This document shows positions 30,518 through 39,363 of a stretch of 64,000 nucleotides of DNA, piece by piece (the stretch's first letter is position 1; each line of letters starts with the position of its first letter). Source of the stretch: Planctomycetota bacterium (GTDB lineage: Bacteria > Planctomycetota > JAJSAM01 > JAJVHW01); NCBI GenBank assembly GCA_965248445.1, contig CBDFJG010000004.1, forward strand, positions 1,472,001 to 1,536,000, read 5' to 3'. The position numbers and the translations under genes were made by a program. The notes beneath the pieces were generated by a model. The model was not told the DNA's origin. It searched no databases and saw only the letters and a list, made by a program, of their open reading frames with translations.

Positions 30518-31474
30518 ATGAGACCCCGCCACGCCCTCGGCGCCCTCCTCGCACTCGGGGCCCTCACCACGCTCACGGCCTGCGGCGACGACCCCCTCGC
30601 CCCCCTCCCCGCACCCGCTGCCAACGGCGACTCCCCCGGCGGCATGACTCCGGTCGCTGACGACGGCGGCGCGGCACCCGTGGACCCCCCGCCTCGCCCG
30701 CTGACCAAAGAGGAACTCGAAGCCGGCCGTAAGCGCGCCGCCGCAGTCCGCGAGGACATGAACCGTCTGGGCCGCGAGCTGCTCGCCTCGTTCGAGGGCC
30801 GCACCTACAGCCCCGTCAAGAACGTCGGCGTCACCTACGCCGAGGGCCGCGTCATGGTCAAGACAGCGGGCGTCGAGGCGACGTACGCGTTCACGTTCGA
30901 CGCGAGCAAGGACCTCGATCAGCGCACGATCGTCACGCGCACCGACAAGTCAAAGGACGGCACCAAGCGCCCGAACGTCCCCACCGGCACCGCGAAGCAG
31001 ATCTCTGACTTCGCGCAGCTGTCACTGAATGGCGCGTACCGCTTCGTCGTCAACTACCTGCCGCCGACGCAGGTCCTGTTGACCCCTGCGAAGAAGGGCA
31101 CGAACAAGGTCGTCACCGCGCAGCAGCACAAGCACCCGATCCAGACCTCGTACAGCGTGGACGAGCGCGACCTCGTCGTGATCCGCGGCACGAGCGTGCG
31201 GACCCAGAGCGAGATCGTCTACTTCGCATGGGAGGAGTGGCGCGGCCGCTACCTCCTCAAGGAGACGACCTTCCACGGCACCGACGCCGTCACCGAACTC
31301 GAGTACGAGGAGACCGATGACGCGGTCCTCCTCTCCCGCGCCAAGATCCGCAAGGACGGCGCAGGCTGGGACGCGACGTTCACCTACGACCGCATCGATC
31401 GCGACGACCCGGAGGATCCGCTCCAGGCCGAGATCAAGGTCGTGCCGCCGCCCGAGGAAGACGACGGGAAGTAG
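30518..31474 (+). CDS. Hypothetical lipoprotein
   Basis: Signal peptide with lipobox LTAC, Pro-rich linker, host-like codon usage. Confidence 0.75.
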   Translation: MRPRHALGALLALGALTTLTACGDDPLAPLPAPAANGDSPGGMTPVADDGGAAPVDPPPRPLTKEELEAGRKRAAAVREDMNRLGRELLASFEGRTYSPVKNVGVTYAEGRVMVKTAGVEATYAFTFDASKDLDQRTIVTRTDKSKDGTKRPNVPTGTAKQISDFAQLSLNGAYRFVVNYLPPTQVLLTPAKKGTNKVVTAQQHKHPIQTSYSVDERDLVVIRGTSVRTQSEIVYFAWEEWRGRYLLKETTFHGTDAVTELEYEETDDAVLLSRAKIRKDGAGWDATFTYDRIDRDDPEDPLQAEIKVVPPPEEDDGK

Positions 31475-32990
31475 CTGCGGGCGGCGCGTTGGCGGTGGTC
31501 GCGTGGACGCCGAGCGGGGCGCGGGGTCGCTGTAACCTCTTGGGATGCCGTGCCTTACGGCGGATCCTCGCCCTGGCCGATGCGAGCGTTCCTGCCGCTT
31601 GAGCCAGCCTCGCCCCGAGCCTATGCGGCTCAAGTTCGCTAGCCGATTCGATCGATCTTCGATCGGAGGTTCCTCTCGGTTTTGAGCGACGCAGAGAAGC
31701 GCGTCAGCGCGAGACGGTACGAGTTGTCCGGAGCGTTCGCCTCGCAGGCGCGCGGAGTCTCGCCGAACGCCGTCGCTTGCGGGGAGCCGGCATTCGCCCG
31801 GTGGGATCGAATCGCTGCAGACGACGTCGCGACAGAGGCACCTGACGCGGACGTCCCCCTTTGCGGCCCGCGGGCCGAGCAACGCGCGCTACTCCACCTC
31901 TGTCACCCCGCGATACCGACGCCCCTCGGACTCATCTACACGGGTACCTCGGTCGTCGCGTTCAGCGAGTTCCGTCAGGGAGTTCCACTCCTTGACGCCG
32001 GACTGGGCATTGAAGAAGTCGAGCGCGCGATGTCGGCGCTCTTGGACGCACTCGCACACGTCTGGGCGGCGCAGATCGCACATGGTGATCTGAAGCCTGG
32101 GAACGTGCTCATTACGCCGACGGGAGCGGTCTCGATCATCGACTGGGAGTCTGCAGGCCGCCTCGGGCAGCCGCGCGCCGTTGGCACTGTTGGGTTCGTC
32201 CCGCCCTGGCGCGGTCGCGCGGGCGCTGTTCACGACGTGCTTGACGATCAGTACGCACTCGCGTGCACGGCGTCGATGCTGGTTCACGCCGCGGGACTTG
32301 GAGACGCGAGCGATTGGACGCCACCAGCGAAGTTCGCGGAGCGGCATCCGGAGGCTCCCGGAGCACTGCACGGGCTGTTTGCGGCCGTTGATGCGAGAGA
32401 GCGACTTGAGTGGGAGCAGACCACTCCGGCATTGCGCGCGGATGACGCCGTACTTCGCGCCGCAGCTGTCACGTTGGCGCGAACGAGCATCGAGAATGCC
32501 GGCGTGCTCTCTCCATCGATCCGCGTCGAATCGTGGTCCGCGGAGCTTCGCGGCCGCTTGCCATGGGCGGTGGCGGCGTTGCTCGCCGTTTACCGCGGTC
32601 GGAATGTGGATCTTGCTGGTGACTCGGTCGAAGGCGTCGAACTCATCTGGCGCGGCGCCGAGGCCTCGGCTCCGCAGTCGCTGGTCCTGGCCCCTGCGGC
32701 ACATGTTCTTGTCGAAGGCGAACTGCAGCGCGCCTCCGGTGGTGATCACGATGTGTGCCTGATCGTGTTGCAACCTGACGACACGCTGGAGGCACGGTGC
32801 GAGTTCGTGCGCACCGTGCGTGCCGCCCTTCGCCCGATGCTCTCCGGTGACGATTCGCATGTGTTGCCCATTGCGGCGTCGCGCAAGATCGCCATCCGTG
32901 ACGCGGTGATGCTCGATCCCACGCGGCGCTTGTCGGATTCGGAACAGGCGGGTCGGTCCATCGCTTCGCGAGAGCACTTCGCCGACCTAG

Positions 32991-34659
32991 CCGCATCTGT
33001 TCACGAGACGTCGCGATGACGGTGCTTTCGGAGTCCACAGGGTCAGATCTTGGCCAGGCGAGGGCGGATGCTGTCGTCGTTGCCACAAGGGCAACGCGAG
33101 TGAGCGGCCGAAACGGCGCGGATTCTGCGGTGTGGGCAGACCGTAGGCCGGGCGGTGGTGTGGCGGACGGCGCGGCGGGACGTCAGGTCGGCTTCGGGGA
33201 TGCCAGCAGTCGTTGCGCGCAGCGCTCGAAGACGTGCTGCCAGGGCCACGACGAGGACATCGAGACCCAGATCCGGCGCGTCGTGATCCGCACGAGCGCG
33301 CCGATCTTGAGCAGCCGCAGGCGGATCGTGCCGGCTTGCGCACGCGCCATCTCGGTGCCGGCGAGACCGATGCGTCGCAGCGCACAGGTCAGGACGTAGG
33401 CCATGGCCGACATGGCCATCCGCACGGCGTTGCCCTGCATCGTGTGCACCGACAGACGGGTGCCGAAGAGCTCGAGCTGCTGCTCCTTGATGCGATTCTC
33501 CGCCTCGCCCCGGGCGCAGTAGAGCTGCTCGTAGAGACGCTTGCTGCTCCAGCTACGAGGCGGCAGATTGGTCACCACGAAGCGGGGATTGCGCTTGCCG
33601 CCCGGCAGGTGCTCGGCCTTGGCGACCACGCGACGCCTCTGGCTCCAGCTCCCCAGCGTGGTCCAGGCAAAGTCGCGAAAGACCCGGGCTGCTCGGCCGG
33701 TCTGCACGGCACGGGCTGCGGCCTCATCGAGCGCGTCTTCGACGTGTCGCTCAAGGCGCTCATTGCGCGCCATGCCCAGCAGGTAGAAGTGGCCGGCGGC
33801 CTCGCACCAGGCCATCAGCTCCTCGCGGCAAAAGCCCGAGTCTGCGCGCACGAGCACCTTGGCCCGGGGCCAGCGGCGCCGCAGACGTAAGACCAGCGCA
33901 CGGAGCTCGTCCACGACTCCGCGCGCGGGATCTCTGTCAGCGGTCTGGAGCCGAGCGAGCAAGAGGTGCTCGCCGCAGAAGACGTACAGCGGCAGGTAGC
34001 AGTAGTGCCCGTAGTAGCCGTGGAAGAAGCGGCCCTCCTGCCGGCCGTGCAGCCGCACGTCGGAGTGGTCCAGGTCCAGCACGAGCAGGCCCGGATCCTC
34101 CGGCCCCATGGCCTCGCAGAAGACGTCGCTGAGCACGCTGTCCACGCGCTCCTGGTCCATCTCGATCTTGGCGTAGCGCGTCTGTGCCGTGGCGCCGAGC
34201 TGCGTGGTCTCGAGCCGCGAGAGCGTCGGGTGCGTGGCCAGAGCACCCTCGCGCTTGCCGCACGCCGCGGCAAACAGCGGGTCCTTGCCGACATGGTCGT
34301 GGTCCACCAGATCCTCGTAGCCCGCGCACAGCCCGAAGACCCGCTGACGCAGCATCTGGCCGACCGTGTGCTCGACCCGACGCGGGTCCCGGTGGTCCCC
34401 GAAGCAGCGCGCAAACCGCGAGAGCAGATCGATGCGACGATCGACCCGCTCGAGCAGCAGCACGCCCCCGTCGCTCGTCACGGTACCGGCGTCGAAGCGC
34501 GTCACCGCGGTGCGTCCACAGATGCCCGCGAAGAGGGTCCCCTGCGGGCTACAGTCTGTCGTCATCGGGCCGGCGCTCCTGTCGGTGCAAGTACTAGCGA
34601 GTACGAGCACTTAGACAGACGACGGCCCGCTCAGATTCCCGGCTGGTGAACGATTCGGG
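32991..34659 (-). mobile_element. IS1380-family insertion sequence, copy 2
   Basis: Same sequence as copy 1 at offset 31225; the only difference noticed is AC at 34444-34445 vs GT at 3219-3220. CTAG duplicated at 32987-32990 and 34660-34663. Confidence 0.93.
33183..34565 (-). CDS. IS1380-family DDE transposase
   Basis: Identical to the copy 1 protein except ERVDRR vs ERTDRR. Confidence 0.93.
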   Translation of the reverse strand: MTTDCSPQGTLFAGICGRTAVTRFDAGTVTSDGGVLLLERVDRRIDLLSRFARCFGDHRDPRRVEHTVGQMLRQRVFGLCAGYEDLVDHDHVGKDPLFAAACGKREGALATHPTLSRLETTQLGATAQTRYAKIEMDQERVDSVLSDVFCEAMGPEDPGLLVLDLDHSDVRLHGRQEGRFFHGYYGHYCYLPLYVFCGEHLLLARLQTADRDPARGVVDELRALVLRLRRRWPRAKVLVRADSGFCREELMAWCEAAGHFYLLGMARNERLERHVEDALDEAAARAVQTGRAARVFRDFAWTTLGSWSQRRRVVAKAEHLPGGKRNPRFVVTNLPPRSWSSKRLYEQLYCARGEAENRIKEQQLELFGTRLSVHTMQGNAVRMAMSAMAYVLTCALRRIGLAGTEMARAQAGTIRLRLLKIGALVRITTRRIWVSMSSSWPWQHVFERCAQRLLASPKPT

Positions 34660-37541
34660 CTAGTCGAATCCGCACGTCGGATTCTCGACCAGGGGTTGGT
34701 GGCGCGCGCCTCGGAACTCGCCGCGCGAGCGAGTGCTGCGTTGCGCAGTCACCGTCATGCCTGCAACCTCACGAGCACTGCAAAGCTCGTGGACGTCTGG
34801 TTGGGCGCGGGTCGACTTGCCGAAGCTGAGTCGGTCTTGACCGAGAGCCCGAGGTTGATGCAGCACGACATCGGTCAAGTCCTTCGCGCCCGCGTTGCCA
34901 TGCGGCACGGCGATGTTGACACAGCGATGGAGTGCGCCGGACGGCTCCGATCCCCAGATGGACCGCGAGCTCAGCTGATCCGAGCAAACGCTCAGCTCCA
35001 ACTCGGAGAACTGAGTAACGCGTACACGGCATCGCGTGCCGGCACCCGCCGACTCCGCGCGTCTGGCTCAGCTGTCGCGAGCAGAACGGGCCTCGGACTG
35101 CTCGCGATTCAAGCGCAAGCACTCCGCCGGATGGGGAGGCTCGAGTCAAGTGGGCGCATTCTGAGGCTCTGTCGCCGGATCGCCGACCGCCTCGGGTCGG
35201 CCCGGGCCGGTCTGCGAGCGGAAGCCAACCTGCTAATGCTCGACGCGGTCCGCCGCACTCCACGCGAACGCGCGAGCGGGTGGCAGGCGCTCGCGCGCCG
35301 GTGTGGTGGCACTGGAATGACCGCAGCCGCGCGTCGGCACTCGATTCGAGCCGCACTCGACTGGCTTGAGGCCAAGGACCCACTCTCAGCCGAACTCGCG
35401 CTGGGTCAGTACTCCAGTGAGTCGGACCGCGGCCAATGGCGCGAGCTCGTCTGGCTGTGCCAGTTCTTTGTGCAGACTCGTCTGGAGCGCTGGTCGGAGC
35501 TTCCGCCGGCATACGAAGACAAGCTCACAAACACGTCCTCTGTGCGACTCGCCATCGCTCGGGAACTCGCCAACCAACCGTCACTCGACGGATCGGCCAC
35601 GGCACAAACACTACGCTCGGACTTCGCGCGGGGTGCTCGTCTACTTAGGCGCCTGAGTGATCGCGAGCACCCGCGGCCGTCGCGTGTCTGCGTCGCGGCG
35701 GCTGCGGCGCTTGTCGAAGCGGACACCATCGGACCGTCCGCCGGGCACGTTGCGCGGGAGCTCGCGCGCGCATTGCTGCGCGTTCCTCCCGCTGCGGCGG
35801 TGCACGTCATCGATCAGGTGATCGGGGGGCTCGATGCCGCGGATGGCGTTGATGCCTCGTTGGCGGTCGCGGTCGTGGCGATTGCGCGCGGTCATCGCCC
35901 CGCCGCGGAGCTACTGGCGCGCGTTGTTGAAGCCGCGGCGGACGGCGATCACGCTCGCCCATACGGCACTTGGGTCTGGGAGTGGCGGCTCGCTGCTGCG
36001 AGGGCCCGAGCGTGGGCGTGGGACCGCGATCCCTTCCTGACGGAACTCGCGGAGGTAGTCACGTCGGCGCAGGGGTTCCTTGAGAGCGCGGGCTCTGCTC
36101 TGTCACGCGCCTCGCTCGAAGAGGCGGAGTCGACCATCCGGGACTCACCACAAGAGGCGAAGGCTGCGGGGGAAGCCGGCTCGCCAGCGAGTGAGGGCCC
36201 CACATCACGCAACGCCTCGCTGTCGGCTCGTCAGTTGCGCGGCTACGAGGTGTTGTCGCAGGTGACGATGCGATTGCAGGAGCGGCGAGCCGTAGAGACG
36301 GTGCTGCGCGAGGTAGCCCAGGGTGTGCGCCAGGTGTGCGAGGCGGATAGTGCGGTTGTGCTCTATCGCGAGGCCGACGACACGATGCGTGCGCTGACCG
36401 CTAAGGCATCGGGTGTGGAAGAAGTAGATCCGGCGTCCGCTGAGGTGAGCCGTTCGGCAATCCGGTTGGTGCGAGAAGGGGGCGAGGCGCGCGTGTTCGA
36501 CGACGCGGTAGCGCAGCCTGGCCTTGCCGGCGCTGAGAGCATCAGACGATATCGCCCTCGCGCCCTGATGGTTGCGCCTCTGCGACACGGAGACGAGGTG
36601 TTCGGTTGCGTGTACGTCGAGAATCGCTCCGCGCCGCGTGCCTTCGAGGCGCCAGATCTGGCGCTGTTGGAGTGTTTCGCTGCTCAGGCCGCGGTCGCGC
36701 TCGAGAACGCCGCGCTCTTCAGCCGAGCCGCAGAAGCGATCGCCGAGTCGCGGCGGGTTCAGGTCGAATCCGTGCGCGCCGAGGGCCTCCGGTTGCTTGG
36801 CCAAATGACCAGCGAGGTCGCTCACGAGTTCAACAACCTGCTCGCGGTGATCCAGGGCGAGGCGCAGTTCTGTCTGGGCGAGGAGATCTCGCAAGACACT
36901 CGCGAGTCGCTGACTACCGCCCTGTCGGCGTCGCGTGACGCGGCGACGGTGATCGAACGCATCCGCGACGGAACTCACGGCGTGTCAGTTGAGCGGCTCC
37001 AGGTCTCGGTCACTGAGCTGATCGGCGACTCGATCGCGTTCTCGCGCCCACGCTATAAGGCGGCGTCTGTGACGGTAGAGAACTGGGTGAGTAAGGACGA
37101 GTCGCTTCGCGGTCTGGCAATCAGGGGGTCGCGAGCGGAGCTGCGCGAAGTCGTGGTGAATCTCCTTCTGAACGCCGCGGATGCGTGCCCCGCTGGCGGC
37201 ACCGTCACCGTGTCGGCGCTGAAGCACGACGACGATACCGTCGAGATCGTCGTGTCGGACGATGGGGAGGGCATGTCGCTCGAGACCGCCGCTCGCGTCT
37301 TCGAGCCCTTCTTCACGACCAAGCAGGACACCGGCACTGGGCTTGGGCTAAGCGTCGTGAAGCGTGTGATCGAAGCGCACGACGGCCGAATCTTCGTTGA
37401 GAGTGAGCTCGGGGTCGGAACGCAAATGCACGTCGTCCTACCGACAGGTGTGCTGGAACCGACACTCGATGAGCTGCTCTTCCCCGGTCTTACGACGGTT
37501 GAGCAGTAGCAGCGGCACGCGGGTTCGGGCTGTCGAATCGA

Positions 37542-37574
37542 AAACGGCCACACGCTTACGGCGTGTGGCCGTTT
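37542..37574. terminator. Intrinsic terminator, probably bidirectional
   Basis: 14-bp stem AAACGGCCACACGC/GCGTGTGGCCGTTT with a 5-nt loop, between convergent genes. Short T tracts on both strands. Confidence 0.75.
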
Positions 37575-37599
37575 CCCTTGGATCGGTTGTGACGCTAGA

Positions 37600-37956
37600 T
37601 CAGTCGATCTCGATGGGTGTCTCGACAGACGAGACGAACTCCGCGCTGACCGCGGTTGTGTACGTGCCCGGGTTGGACGGCGCCATGATCATCGTCGAGC
37701 CCCAGCCGAGCTGGGCCATCGCGACGGGAACACCGACGCCTGGCGCCGGGCCCTGGAGCAACATCACGTCCTGGCCCATGAGCTCCACTGGTGTGGTGAT
37801 CTCGAAGACCGTGGTCATGCCATCGTCCGAGACTGCGGTGATCGCAGCGGGGGCACCATTGGCGTTTGCCGGTGTGGCCGGTGCCAGCGAGCCGAGCGCA
37901 AGAACGGCAGCTGCCAAGCCTGTGAGCGCAAAGCGGTTGAGACGGCGCTTTTGCAT
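37600..37956 (-). CDS. Small secreted hypothetical protein (118 aa)
   Basis: SD GAGGAGGA, signal peptide MQKRR...PANA, beta-rich mature part, own promoter and terminator. Confidence 0.8.
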   Translation of the reverse strand: MQKRRLNRFALTGLAAAVLALGSLAPATPANANGAPAAITAVSDDGMTTVFEITTPVELMGQDVMLLQGPAPGVGVPVAMAQLGWGSTMIMAPSNPGTYTTAVSAEFVSSVETPIEID

Positions 37957-38085
37957 CTATTCCTCCTCTCGACGCCGGGACATCCCGGCTTTCGAGCCCT
38001 TATCAGGTGCTGAGCCTCCCTCCAGGAGCGGACGCGTGGTCACCCACACAAGCCTGTCCACCGGAAGCGGCACCTGACTCCGGGG

Positions 38086-38114
38086 AAGGTATCTCGATCC
38101 GGGAATCTGGTCAA
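38086..38114 (-). promoter_or_regulatory. Sigma70-type promoter of the 118-aa protein gene
   Basis: Minus strand reads TTGACC-17nt-TACCTT. Confidence 0.6.
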
Positions 38115-38554
38115 CTCAGAATGATAACGGGGTGGCCTCTCCAGGCGTGATTCGGCGCGATAATCGGGTGCCGGGGGCCGTGTTGGTCGCGTTGTAAAGC
38201 GTGTGGAGAAAACGAGTTAGCGATGCTGATGGCGCGATTGGGGGTGCCTGCCCCAGGCTGTCATAAAAAATGGACACTTTGGCGAGTCCCGCGCCGCTCA
38301 ATGTGGAAAACCCGGCAGAGGGGCCCGCAGTCTGGGGGCTGAGCCGGGCGGGGTGTGGAGAACCCACGGCCCCCGGAGCGCATCTCTCTCCGGAGGGAAT
38401 CGCGCAATTCTGATCCGTCGCACGGCGTGCGGCGCGGGCCGGGTGTCTCTTGGGGCTTTCCGGGGCCGGGTCTCCGCGGCGAGACTCAGGCCTTGCGGCG
38501 TCCCCTGGCCGCGAGCACGCACGGCGGTGGGCGCCGGGAGGACAGCGCGGCCCG

Positions 38555-39202
38555 ATGGACGAACCGAGCGACATCGATCTCGTCGATCAGCTCGGCAGCT
38601 CCGACCGGGCGGAGCGGCAGAAGGCGTTCACCACGCTGTTCGAGCGGCACAGCCGCCGCGCCTACGACCTCGCGCACCGCGTGCTGAACGACCGGGCGCT
38701 CGCCCACGACGCCGTCCAGGAGGCGTTCATCCGGGTCTACAAGAAGGGGGCGCGGTTCCAGGCGCGCGCGCGCTTCACGTCATGGCTCTACCGCGTCGTG
38801 CTCAACAAGTGCATCGACCTGCGCCGCCGGGAGAAGCGCCACCGCATGGCGTCGCTCGGTCCGCGGCCGGGCAAGGACGGGGCGCTCTCTGGGAGCGGCC
38901 TCGAGGGCGGCGTCCCCGAGCCTGCGGCGCCCGCGTCGAGCGGGCCTCACGACGTAGCGATCGTCGGCGAGCGGGCCGAGATCGTGCAGTGGGCCATCAC
39001 GCAGCTCAGCCCCAAGCTCGCCGAGGTGATCGTGCTGCGCTACCCGCAGGGCCTCAGCTACGAGGAGATCGGCGAGATCCTCGAGGTGCCGCCGGGCACC
39101 GTGAAGTCCCGCCTGAACCGTGCGCACGCGGCGCTCCGAATCGTGCTCGCGGAGGCCCTCGGCGAGGCTGACTCTGAACCGGGGCCGCAGTCAGGCGTTT
39201 GA
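38555..39202 (+). CDS. ECF RNA polymerase sigma factor (SigW/RpoE-like)
   Basis: AHDAVQEAFIRVY, FTSWLYRVVLN, GLSYEEIGEIL..GTVKSRLNRA. Confidence 0.92.
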   Translation: MDEPSDIDLVDQLGSSDRAERQKAFTTLFERHSRRAYDLAHRVLNDRALAHDAVQEAFIRVYKKGARFQARARFTSWLYRVVLNKCIDLRRREKRHRMASLGPRPGKDGALSGSGLEGGVPEPAAPASSGPHDVAIVGERAEIVQWAITQLSPKLAEVIVLRYPQGLSYEEIGEILEVPPGTVKSRLNRAHAALRIVLAEALGEADSEPGPQSGV

Positions 39203-39363
39203 GATGTCGAGGGATGACCTGGCGGGGACATTCTGAAACGACTGTGTGCCCTGCCGCGTCCATACGTCATGTAAGAGGGATGGGCAGATCTTCTGGCTCG
39301 ACGGCTGAGGCCGTTGACGCGGCACGCGGCGCACGCGCACGAGCGTCCCCGCCGCAGCGAGGG

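Larger units (their letters stand above)
31682..37509 (+). pseudogene. Ser/Thr kinase-like + helical repeat + GAF + histidine kinase hybrid (~1384 aa), interrupted by IS1380
   Basis: 5' part has HGDLKPGNVL, IIDWE, GTVGFVPP. 3' part has GAF (ALMVAPL..GCVYVEN), H-box AHEFNNLL, NLLLNAADA, DDGEG, FEPFFTTK, GTGLGL. The parts join in frame (CTA|GTC) once the IS and one CTAG are removed. Start codon uncertain. Confidence 0.85.

Noticed and set aside
31682..32400. Lanthipeptide synthetase (LanKC/LanL) suggested by the DWE...GF.PP kinase motifs
   Set aside because: No lyase or cyclase domain; the protein continues into GAF-HK.
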